The translations under genes were made by a program, and so were the position numbers. DNA of 36,549 bases. Origin: Barthelona sp. PAP020 (lineage: Eukaryota). Position 1 is the first letter of the stretch. The number at the start of each line of letters is the position of its first letter. The notes beneath the pieces were generated by a model. It searched no databases. It worked only from the letters and a program-made list of their open reading frames with translations, and was not told where the DNA came from. The stretch is taken from contig JARQWU010000084.1 of the NCBI GenBank assembly GCA_040182905.1, forward strand, positions 1-36,549, read 5' to 3'. Shown piece after piece: positions 8,756-18,106 of the stretch.

Positions 8756-10215
8756 TTAAACAAGTTCTACAGGAACCATTTTTAATGAAGGAACATTGTT
8801 GATACTTGGACTGTGAGATGGTCTGAAAAAGCCAGAATCATTAGAAGTAGAACTTTGAACAGGATGTATAATATGTTCCACAATTGAAAGAGGTGGTGGT
8901 GTAATTTCTCTAAATGGAATGGATTGAGTTGATAACTCGTTATTAGAAGTGTTAACAACCATATCTTGTGAATTTAAAGAAACAAAACTCGAATTAAGCA
9001 AAGAGGGAGAATTAGAACCAACATTACTATTGAAATTTAGAGAATCTAAATTATCCACTGGTCTTGACATCGAATTGGAAAAAGAAGACATCTTAGAAAT
9101 AGAATTGAAATGTGTAAAACTAGCTGAAGGATCAGGAGAAACAGATGAAGAAGTAACGATTTGATTGTCAGAATGACTGTCAAAATATTGACTTGATAAT
9201 GATGGAATTGAATAAGAATTGCTATTTATTTGAGATGTCGGATCGTTTAACATTTCAGTTAGATTGATTAAAACATGCTCATAAATCTCATTAGGGACTA
9301 ACAATGGACATAAATCACGATGTTTATCACCATTAAATCCTGTAATTAAATACCAAGGTGGAATTTCATAAGAATTATGCAAATTAGCGGCAATTAAAGC
9401 GGCCCAAATAAAACATTCACTTGTGCCACATTTAGACTTATTTATCTTTTCTAAAATAGGCATCAAATTATTTACATACTGAGCGTAGTCCTGAATATCA
9501 CCAGAATTCATTATCGATCCCCCAACATTGTCAGAGAATATGTTTGAACTTAGATTCATTTCTCCTCCCATGACAGAAGTGTCAGAATAACTGTTATAAA
9601 GTGATTGATGAACATCTTGTTCCAATTCATTTACTCTGTTTGGATTATTTGGACATGTACGCCTAGAATGTCCCTCTTGATGACAATAACTACATGTAAA
9701 CCTACGTTTAGGAGTTTCTCCACGAATCATATCGAAAAAAAGATTTTCATCCCCTGTCAAAGCCGATGTAAATGTGGGTGAATTTTTTTTATTGGTTGGT
9801 AAAAAACAAACAGCCCAAATCATTTCACTATGAGGCAAATAATTTCTCAAAGTGGCTGTGTCAGAAATTCGGATCCATTGAGAAGAATTTTGTGAAGAGA
9901 TCCATAAGAAAAAAAAATTAGATCTCATACGAACTCTTGCATGCTTCTTTAGATCTTCTCTTAAACTTTCGGCAAAATTAGGAAAAGAAATATCAACATG
10001 AGATGGAAATAAACACATTGCTTTATCTAAATCGTTTAATTCTGTTGAACTATTGGCAGGCTCCGGGGCAATAATGCCTTCTGCAAATTTTGGTTCATCC
10101 AATCTAAGAATATATACAATTCTTTAACAGTTAGATTTAATTTAATTACTTATTGAAACCTAAATGGTTAGAATGATTGAATAATTAAATTTAAATAATA
10201 CCTTTCAGAAGCCAT
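8756..10215 (-). CDS. CCHC zinc-knuckle protein with Ser-rich C-terminus; spliced, exon 1 10215-10202, exon 2 10121-8756
   Basis: CSYCHQEGHSRRTC fits CX2CX4HX4C. The track ORF starts at a TTG. An upstream ATG GCT TCT GAA AG joins in frame across a GT..AG intron, giving MASERIVYILRLDEPKF. Confidence 0.7.
10122..10201 (-). other. Spliceosomal intron (80 nt) with an internal branch point and 3' splice site directly followed by GT
   Basis: GTATTA...TTCTAACCATTTAG|GTTTCAATAAGTAA...TCTAACTGTTAAAG. Removing it restores the reading frame. Confidence 0.7.
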
Positions 10216-10361
10216 ATCTTGCAAATATTCGAAATGTTTAAAAAAAAGAAAATTCAAAATTTGCACCTTTTTTATTTATAAAACCACAAATTCTTTTTTA
10301 AAACACAAAAATGAGTCAAAAAGAAACAACAAAAAACAAAAGAAATATTTGTGTGAATAAT

Positions 10362-11255
10362 TTATTCCTTATTTGATAATTCATTCAAAAATTTGTTTAA
10401 ATTATCCATAGAAGTATTTATATTAGATAACTGTGAAATTTGTTGAATAGAATTTGCAATACAAAGCATCGATGACCAACGATTGGCCTGTTTTGTGACT
10501 TTAGACCCACTGGTTTTTGACAATTGATCTAAAGTCCACGTGAATTGTTTATTTTCCGTCAATAAATTATCAACCCAGTATTTTAATCGTTGTAAATTAT
10601 TTTCAATGGAATGGCCAAAACCAACTCGTTCATCGTTTTTCAAACTACCAGTTTTGTTTTGATAAAGACTCAATAAAAAGGCACGAACAACACCAACATT
10701 TGTTATATTGACAGGAATTTCTTCGAACATTTCATCAGCTTGCAAATTCAAACGCTTAATAGTTTCAACATCCAAACAATCTTGAATTGTTGAAAGAGAA
10801 GAAGCAATACCAATACTGGCATTATCAACAAGAATCTGATATAATTTTGCCATGAATTGTGGAGTTATGGTAAAAGCTTTGAAAGGAACATTACCAAGAA
10901 AAGCTTGAGCTTCATCAAACACTAATTGAATATTGCGATCTGTATTTTCATAAATTTGCATATTTAATTGAAGATTTATCCCATGTGCTGATGATTCATA
11001 GGTTCCAATGAAAGAATGATCAAGTTTATTTGCAATTAAATATGCTATCAATTTTTGTTGGTTACTCTGACCCTTCCATGTTTTGTCAGTAAAAGATTCA
11101 GTGATTTCAATCATGCCTTCTTTTTCCATTCCAAACAAAACACCACTCACAACATCAACTCCCTTTTCAGTTGAAAAAGGTCCTTCAAATATGTGGTTAA
11201 GCATACGCAACATCGCTTTTCCACTAATTGATACTTTTTGTACTCGATTAGACAT
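10362..11255 (-). CDS. EIF3H: Translation initiation factor 3 subunit H (inactive MPN/JAB domain)
   Basis: VSISGKAMLRMLNH, SGVLFG..IEITESF, LDHSFIGTYES (cf. IDHLHVGWYQS), AFTITPQFM and MFEEIPVNITN (cf. FEEVPIVIKN). Confidence 0.7.
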   Translation of the reverse strand: MSNRVQKVSISGKAMLRMLNHIFEGPFSTEKGVDVVSGVLFGMEKEGMIEITESFTDKTWKGQSNQQKLIAYLIANKLDHSFIGTYESSAHGINLQLNMQIYENTDRNIQLVFDEAQAFLGNVPFKAFTITPQFMAKLYQILVDNASIGIASSLSTIQDCLDVETIKRLNLQADEMFEEIPVNITNVGVVRAFLLSLYQNKTGSLKNDERVGFGHSIENNLQRLKYWVDNLLTENKQFTWTLDQLSKTSGSKVTKQANRWSSMLCIANSIQQISQLSNINTSMDNLNKFLNELSNKE

Positions 11256-11673
11256 GATAAAAGTATTCTTTTACAAATATTTTTTTTTTGGACCTCAAAA
11301 TTTTTAAAATAAATACCTTTGTTTCAAAAGCTGTTGAAAATCTAAACAAAAAGGGCTCTTTTCAATGCAATAGTATTTTTAATTTATGTGTTTATTTAGC
11401 TTTCAATATTTCATTGAATGAATAAAAGAAACAATTTGATAATATTCTTTGAGGTTAGAAAATAAAAAAGTAGCTTTGATTTTGAAACCAAAAGAAATAT
11501 TTAATATTTTTTTCAATGCATCATCATGATAATTTAAATTAGTCAAAGGAACACACACAACACAAAATATTTCAATTTATCGAAGAACGATTTCAATCAA
11601 GAAAGAAAGCGAGCAAAAATGTTTTTGATTTTCTTGCTTTTGAAATCAAAAAGCCACTTTTATTGAAATTGAA

Positions 11674-12948
11674 ATGAATTCCGCTGAATGTATGCACTTA
11701 GAAAGCACTTATGGTGCTCATAATTATCACCCTTTACCTGTTGTATTTGATAGAGCTGAAGGTGTTTTTGTATATGACCCTGAGGGAAAACGCTATTATG
11801 ATTTTTTATCAGCTTATTCAGCTGTTAATCAAGGACACTGTCATCCTAAAATTGTTCAAGCATTAACTGAGCAAGCTCAAAAATTAACTTTGAGTTCTCG
11901 TGCTTTTTATAACAGCCGTTTGGGTGAATATTGCAAGTATATCACCGAATATTTTGATTACGAAATGGTTCTTCCAATGAATTCTGGTGTTGAAGCTGTT
12001 GAAACTGCTTGTAAGGTTGCTCGTAAATGGGGCTATGAAAAGAAAGGAATTCCTCATAACGAGGCTATCATTATTTGTTGTGAAAATAATTTCCATGGTC
12101 GTACCATTAGTGTTATTTCAATGTCTACTGATCCTGATTGTTATGATGGATTTGGACCTTTTGTTCCCGGAATCGTAAAAATCCCTTACAATGATATTGA
12201 AGCTTTGGAAAAAGTTCTTAAAGAACATGGTGAAAAGGTTGCTGGTTTCCTTTTTGAACCAATTCAAGGGGAAGCTGGTATTATGGTTCCAGATGAAGAT
12301 TATTGCAATAATGTTCAAGAACTCTGTAAAAAATATAATGTTCTCATGATTGCGGATGAAGTTCAAACTGGTATTGCGAGAACTGGTACATTGTTAGCTC
12401 ATCAACATAATGGTGCTAAAGCTGATGTTGTTATTCTCGGAAAGGCTTTAAGTGGTGGTGTTTATCCTGTTTCCGCTGTGTTGTCATCAAAGGAAATTAT
12501 GCTTTGCATTAAAGCTGGGGAACATGGATCGACATTTGGTGGAAATCCTTTGGCTTGTGCTGTTGCAATGGCTGCTCTTGAGGTTGTTAAAGAAGAAAAT
12601 CTTGTTGAAAAGGCTGGACATATGGGTGAAATTGTCAGATCCAAATTAAGAGAAGTTCAAGAGACTCATCCTTTCATTACGGCCGTCAGGGGAAGAGGTT
12701 TGTTAAATGCCGTTGATATTGCACCTATGGAATCAGGATGTGTTGCCTGGCACCTTTGTTTATTGTTAAAAGAACATGGTCTTTTGTGCAAACCAACTCA
12801 TGATCATACCATTAGGTTGGCATGTCCTTTAACCATTACTGAAGAGCAAATGGATGAATGTTTGAAAATTTTTGTTGAATGTTGTGATAAGATCATCACA
12901 CTTACTCCAGAATACTTCAAGGGATGGGATCCTTTGGGTGATCATTAA
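11674..12948 (+). CDS. OAT: Ornithine aminotransferase (class III PLP-dependent)
   Basis: GAHNYHPLPVV, DFLSAYSAVNQGHCHP, FHGRT, EPIQGEAG, ADEVQTG, LGKALSGG (PLP Lys) and HGSTFGGNPLAC. Confidence 0.97.
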   Translation: MNSAECMHLESTYGAHNYHPLPVVFDRAEGVFVYDPEGKRYYDFLSAYSAVNQGHCHPKIVQALTEQAQKLTLSSRAFYNSRLGEYCKYITEYFDYEMVLPMNSGVEAVETACKVARKWGYEKKGIPHNEAIIICCENNFHGRTISVISMSTDPDCYDGFGPFVPGIVKIPYNDIEALEKVLKEHGEKVAGFLFEPIQGEAGIMVPDEDYCNNVQELCKKYNVLMIADEVQTGIARTGTLLAHQHNGAKADVVILGKALSGGVYPVSAVLSSKEIMLCIKAGEHGSTFGGNPLACAVAMAALEVVKEENLVEKAGHMGEIVRSKLREVQETHPFITAVRGRGLLNAVDIAPMESGCVAWHLCLLLKEHGLLCKPTHDHTIRLACPLTITEEQMDECLKIFVECCDKIITLTPEYFKGWDPLGDH

Positions 12949-13289
12949 TTTAAATGTGTTGTTCAGTCGTTTTAAAACTGTAAATTTTGTGAGTTTTATT
13001 TTTTTCATTCATTGAATGTTTCAGTCATTAATTTCTTTAAATTTTATTGTTTTCATCCAATTGTTTTGAAAATTTAATCAAAGCAATCATTTTAAAAAAA
13101 AATTTTTTGTGGAGGAAAATTCTATTTCAAAACAAAATTTGTTTCAATAGAACCCATAATGATTTTCAAACATTGTGATCTCCTTTATCAACAATTCAAA
13201 TTGAGTAAATATGAATTTGGAATATATTTGAAAATATTAGGAAATCAAAAGAAAATCAAACAATCTCCAAAAACTTTTTTTCTGTTAAC

Positions 13290-14120
13290 ATGAAATTTCT
13301 TGTTGCTTTTGCTATTGTTTTAGCCACTGCTCTTGCTTGGGAAAGTGGTCACAATGAAGGTCTTGATGGTTATTCCTTCTTTGACTTAATTGGTCTTTGC
13401 GGTACCAAACTTGAATACATTAACCTTCCCAAACGTCACGTCATTGCTAATGATTTACCTACTGAATTCGATGCTCGTACTGCCTGGCCTGGAAAGATGA
13501 GACCTGTTCGTAACCAAGGAAGATGTGGTTCTTGTTGGTCTTTCGGTGCTAACGAAGCTCTTTCTAACCGTTTTGCTATTGCTGATGTTGATGTCATTCT
13601 TTCTCCTCAATATACCGTTTCTTGCGATTCTTCTGATATGGGTTGCAACGGTGGTTGGTTAGACAACGTTTGGAGATTCTTTGAAACTCACGGTACTGTT
13701 GAAGATTCTTGTATGCCTTATACTTCTGGTCAATCTGGTCAAGTCCCCAAATGTCCCACTAAATGTCAAGATGGTTCTGCTCTTAAATTCTACAAAGCTC
13801 ACGATATTGTCGATGTTTCTTCCAACGAAGAAGCTATTATGACTGAACTTGTTAACAACGGTCCTATTGAAGTCGCTTTCACTGTCTATCAAGATTTCTT
13901 CCAATACAAGTCTGGTGTTTATCGTCATCGTTCTGGTGGAATGGCTGGTGGTCATGCCGTTATGTTAATTGGTTATGGTGTTGAAAATGGTGACAAGTAT
14001 TGGTTAATTCAAAACTCTTGGGGTGAAAACTGGGGTCTTCAAGGAAACTTCAAGATTCTTAAGGGTGTCAACGAATGTGGTATTGAATCCCAAGTTGTTG
14101 CCGGTAAGCCTGTTGTCTAA
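13290..14120 (+). CDS. Cathepsin B-like cysteine protease (papain family C1A), secreted or lysosomal
   Basis: Signal peptide MKFLVAFAIVLATALA, LPTEFDAR, QGRCGSCWSF, GCNGG, GGHAV, QNSWG and ECGIES. Confidence 0.96.
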   Translation: MKFLVAFAIVLATALAWESGHNEGLDGYSFFDLIGLCGTKLEYINLPKRHVIANDLPTEFDARTAWPGKMRPVRNQGRCGSCWSFGANEALSNRFAIADVDVILSPQYTVSCDSSDMGCNGGWLDNVWRFFETHGTVEDSCMPYTSGQSGQVPKCPTKCQDGSALKFYKAHDIVDVSSNEEAIMTELVNNGPIEVAFTVYQDFFQYKSGVYRHRSGGMAGGHAVMLIGYGVENGDKYWLIQNSWGENWGLQGNFKILKGVNECGIESQVVAGKPVV

Positions 14121-14285
14121 TTTCTTTTTGACAGGAATTTTCAATCTATTTTTGTAAATTGATGATATTTTTTTATTTTTGTTCTTTGTTACAAAATCTT
14201 GGAAGAAAGTGAAGACAAATTGACTGAAGTTCCAAAAAAATAATAAATAAATAAAATTTTACACATTATAAACATTGAATTAATA

Positions 14286-15701
14286 CTACACAACCAATAA
14301 AAAGTCCTCAAACTTAATATCTTCATCTTCATCAAATATAATGAATTTGGTTGAAAAAGGAGTGAGATTTCTGATATCTTTTTTGATATGCGCAACATCA
14401 GGAGTGAGATAGGTGTAACCCAGCTCTTTAGACATTTCATCATTAATTTGTTTGATGAGGCCATACAATTGTTGAGGATCCACACCTTTTGAATCAAAAC
14501 TATCGGGTTGAAAGGAAGACAACAACGAAATAATTAATCCCGTTGAAAGTTCAGATAACAATTCTTTTCTGAGTTCAATGGTGTTGAATGAATCTTTTGG
14601 CAAAATCAATAAATTTGCAATCTGAAAAAGAGGTTTGAAAATTTTCTCAAATTTTTCCACATTTTCATCTGTCTTGACATTTAATCGTTCCAAAATATAA
14701 ATGATTTTATAAATCAATTCCGAATGATAATTTTTAATTGCAACACCTAAAGATGCATTTACTTCTCTATCTACCAAAATGTTAACCATTTGTTTTACTA
14801 AACTAATGCATAATTGCTCCAATCCCAAGACTTTTAACTGATCATTGATGTTCAATGAAATAAATTTTTCAAAAATAGTATATATATACTTTAACTCTTT
14901 TCCTTTTTCATTTCTTTTTGTAGATAATGTTCTTTGATACCCATTGATCATATCTAAAACCAAATTATCGTCATATTGATCAATGCTGTCCATCAACATC
15001 TCAGAATATGCAATAGATAGAGGTATTTGCAATAAATGAATGAATAATCTAAGAATACTCACATTACAACCTTCTTTAATTTTTTTCAAATAAGATTTAC
15101 ATTGATCACATGAGAAACCAAATGTTTTCAAAGGATATTTAAAAAATTCTTTAGGCAAGCAAAAGTTTTCATCCAATATTTCATCAAAAAATATTTGAGT
15201 TGTGCAAATTTCAGGAATTCTAAAATGAAATTCAAACTTTGAATCAAAGATATTTTTATCTATCAAAGCTATTAATTGACAACATTCAGATAACCAATGT
15301 TCAGGATTTGTTTCTAAAATAGCAGTTAAATAGTACAATAAAGACATGTAAACCCATTTCAAATTGGAAAATTTATTGGCGTATTCAATTATTCGATATA
15401 AATAAGGATAAGCAGGAGTAACATTTTGAGTAAATATACAATCAATAACAATTTTATTAAAATCATTTAAAAATCTTAATTCTTCTTCTTTTGACAACTC
15501 AATTTGTTCAAATTGAAATTCTTCAGCTCTAGAAGAATACAAAGGTGACACAATTGGTGTTTCAACAGAGATATTATTAAAATTCAATTCTGGCAAATTA
15601 ACAACATTGCTGGATGTTTGATTGTATTCATTAACATTTTGAGATAAAATTGGTGGAGGATTTGACATCAAAAAAAGATCTTTAAGCTTTCTTGATACCA
15701 T
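14286..15701 (-). CDS. Protein with C-terminal Dilute (DIL)-like domain (start may be 15668)
   Basis: FKPLFQIANLLILPK...RKELLSELSTGLIISLLSSFQPDSFD resembles the end of Dilute domains (F..L....LL.LPK...RKEVCP.L....I..IL..F.PDEF). Confidence 0.55.
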   Translation of the reverse strand: MVSRKLKDLFLMSNPPPILSQNVNEYNQTSSNVVNLPELNFNNISVETPIVSPLYSSRAEEFQFEQIELSKEEELRFLNDFNKIVIDCIFTQNVTPAYPYLYRIIEYANKFSNLKWVYMSLLYYLTAILETNPEHWLSECCQLIALIDKNIFDSKFEFHFRIPEICTTQIFFDEILDENFCLPKEFFKYPLKTFGFSCDQCKSYLKKIKEGCNVSILRLFIHLLQIPLSIAYSEMLMDSIDQYDDNLVLDMINGYQRTLSTKRNEKGKELKYIYTIFEKFISLNINDQLKVLGLEQLCISLVKQMVNILVDREVNASLGVAIKNYHSELIYKIIYILERLNVKTDENVEKFEKIFKPLFQIANLLILPKDSFNTIELRKELLSELSTGLIISLLSSFQPDSFDSKGVDPQQLYGLIKQINDEMSKELGYTYLTPDVAHIKKDIRNLTPFSTKFIIFDEDEDIKFEDFLLVV

Positions 15702-15870
15702 TCTGTAAATAGTATATGATGTGTTATTTTTATTGATTTTAATTTCATTTATTGAAATGTTTGTAAAATATCCATCTCAATAAATGAAGTCAACAACCGA
15801 AAAAAAAAAATTAAAAAAAAATTGATGACTATTTATAAAGGATTTATGAGTTGAGATTGCATAAATAGGT

Positions 15871-17592
15871 CTAAAATGATTCAACCACTTTATCTAAAGC
15901 AAAATTTAATGATTGAGAAGAGTGACAATTTTCATCATGACATTTTGCAACAATTTCAGACAAAGAGAGAACATTTGAAAATAATATGTTGATGTCAACA
16001 TTTTTATTTTTATTGTGATCTTTATAAAATTCCTTTATTTTATCATTAATTCTGTTCTTTAAGGCCAAAAAGACATTTTGTAAATCCTCTTCAAAATCTT
16101 TGTTCATTTCAAAGTGTTTGTATTTTATAAAATTAAAGAACTTAAGAAATTCAAAGAGTTGATCATTTTCAAAGTCGCCAAACATATTGAAATCCATTTG
16201 TTGTACATTTTCAACAGATTGACACAAATCAAATGGTAGAATGCTTTTTGTTTGACTTAAAATAATAATATGATAATTTGTTTTGATATCAACTTGAGAA
16301 AAAGGTAGTTGAACATTAAGAATCTGTTTTTCACATAATTTTTGCAAATTTACCAAATTTTCAAAACTTTTGTCCTTGAAATTACTTGTTTCTAATTGAG
16401 TCTCATCAATTATCAATATTGAATCATTTGGAAGTTGCAAATTACCAGATAACAATTTTCCATCATCAGCTTCCAAATTGGGAAAAATGAACTTCCTACT
16501 GAGACATTTTTCATTCAAAGTAACTTCAGAAACCACAGGAAATACATCTCTCATCGTTTGAATAAATTTCTTGGCTTGTAATGTTGTAAAATTTGTCAAG
16601 TTTAAAACTAACTTACCAGGAACATAAATATCGTTAATTGAACGATTCATCAATTTAACATTGCTTGAAAGTGCGTATAAAAGCATTTCAGAAACTTTAC
16701 TATCACTTGTTAACATATTCAATTTATCTATTATGTCATCAAAGGTCCAATCAACAGAACGTTCAACAGTCGTTTTTTTAATTGCATCATTGTTGAATTC
16801 ATTTTTAATTTCTCCTTCATAAATGTTGATAGGTTCAAATCCTATCACATATAAATTGGGCACCAAAACAAGGTCTGGGGTGTTTAAGGGTGTATCAAGT
16901 GAGTTTTCGTTTAATTCCAAATTATCAAGATTAAATTCAACAATACCAACCAAATCATACATTTGATTCAATCTCAATTCAATTTTCTGCTCATCATTAA
17001 TAAAAATAGCCTTTATCGCTGTTCCTTTGCTATATTTATTCTCATCAGGATACATTAACACAATATTTTTGTACTGTTTCTTTTTTTCATCGTCAGAAAT
17101 AGTTGGAGGTCGTTTCTCAACCTTCCCCAAAGAATCATCATATGTTCTGGTTCGAGTTCTATCAACCAAAATGTCACTTTCTATTTCATCATCTTCAATA
17201 CCACTAAAAGAACTATTAAAATCTTCATTTGACCGTGTTTCAAGATTGTATTGAAATGGAACTGGAACCATAAATGAAGGAAATACTTGAATATATTCAT
17301 TTACAATAGCTGCTTGTTCATCAATCTCAAGATCATCAATTTCATTAAGGAAACTACAGCCAGGTAGAACTTTTTCAGAATTGCAAAACTCTATTTGCAA
17401 TGGTAAATACTCCGGAGATACAGTTTCTTGAATCATACCACGATATTTAACAATCATTTTGGAAGATAGTTGTCGAATTGGAATCTCATTCAAAGATGGA
17501 ACAGATTCAATATCACGCTGTAAAATTTCGTCAATTCGATCATTCCCAAATAATGTTTTCAAAAAATCAATTTGTTTTCCTGGTATTTTCAT
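15871..17592 (-). CDS. MCMBP: Mini-chromosome maintenance complex-binding protein
   Basis: VKYRGMIQETVSPEY (cf. FRGMIQDMFDPEFY), GKLVLNL and LLSGNLQLPNDSILIIDETQL (cf. LVSGLLQL...LVIDETxL). Start set at the ATG at 17592. Confidence 0.85.
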   Translation of the reverse strand: MKIPGKQIDFLKTLFGNDRIDEILQRDIESVPSLNEIPIRQLSSKMIVKYRGMIQETVSPEYLPLQIEFCNSEKVLPGCSFLNEIDDLEIDEQAAIVNEYIQVFPSFMVPVPFQYNLETRSNEDFNSSFSGIEDDEIESDILVDRTRTRTYDDSLGKVEKRPPTISDDEKKKQYKNIVLMYPDENKYSKGTAIKAIFINDEQKIELRLNQMYDLVGIVEFNLDNLELNENSLDTPLNTPDLVLVPNLYVIGFEPINIYEGEIKNEFNNDAIKKTTVERSVDWTFDDIIDKLNMLTSDSKVSEMLLYALSSNVKLMNRSINDIYVPGKLVLNLTNFTTLQAKKFIQTMRDVFPVVSEVTLNEKCLSRKFIFPNLEADDGKLLSGNLQLPNDSILIIDETQLETSNFKDKSFENLVNLQKLCEKQILNVQLPFSQVDIKTNYHIIILSQTKSILPFDLCQSVENVQQMDFNMFGDFENDQLFEFLKFFNFIKYKHFEMNKDFEEDLQNVFLALKNRINDKIKEFYKDHNKNKNVDINILFSNVLSLSEIVAKCHDENCHSSQSLNFALDKVVESF

Positions 17593-17716
17593 TATTGCAT
17601 CAATATTTGAAAAAAAAAAAAAAAATACCAACAAATTTACTCTATTTATACAATGAAATCAAACAATCATTGATAAAGACTACAATAAAGCATATAATAA
17701 AATCATATAAAGTTAT

Positions 17717-17980
17717 TTAACAAGCACCAACACGGTCTCTTGAAATTAATCTCAATTCACTGCCATATTTCAAAAAGGCATTTCCAGCTGTTTGATTTGG
17801 GGGAATAGGCATACCTTCTGCACTCAATATTGAAGCCATTCCTGGTTGAATTTTAAAGCTTTGAGCTGCAAATCGAATAACAGCAGAAAAAGGAGTTTCT
17901 TGAGGAACACCAATCACTTTGTATGGTTGACGTCGATCAGAAGTTAATGTGATCTTGAATGAAACTTTCGATGTAGACAT
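17717..17980 (-). CDS. UFM1: Ubiquitin-fold modifier 1
   Basis: MSTSKVSFKITLTSD..PYKV..VP..TPFSAVIRFAA..QTAGNAFLKYGSELRLISRDRVGAC. 87 aa from the ATG at 17980. Confidence 0.97.
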   Translation of the reverse strand: MSTSKVSFKITLTSDRRQPYKVIGVPQETPFSAVIRFAAQSFKIQPGMASILSAEGMPIPPNQTAGNAFLKYGSELRLISRDRVGAC

Positions 17981-18106
17981 TGAAAAATAAAAATGTGTGT
18001 AAAATAGCTTCTGTTTGAAGTTATTTGCAACAAAGTAAATCAAACAAAAAATAATCAATACCTTTTTATTCAACCGTTAAAAGTAAACGTGAAAAAATCA
18101 AATTGC

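Noticed and set aside
11551..11570. ACACACAACA(C)AAAA motif, also near 33102
   Set aside because: Low-complexity A/C sequence with only two good instances, too weak to call a promoter element.
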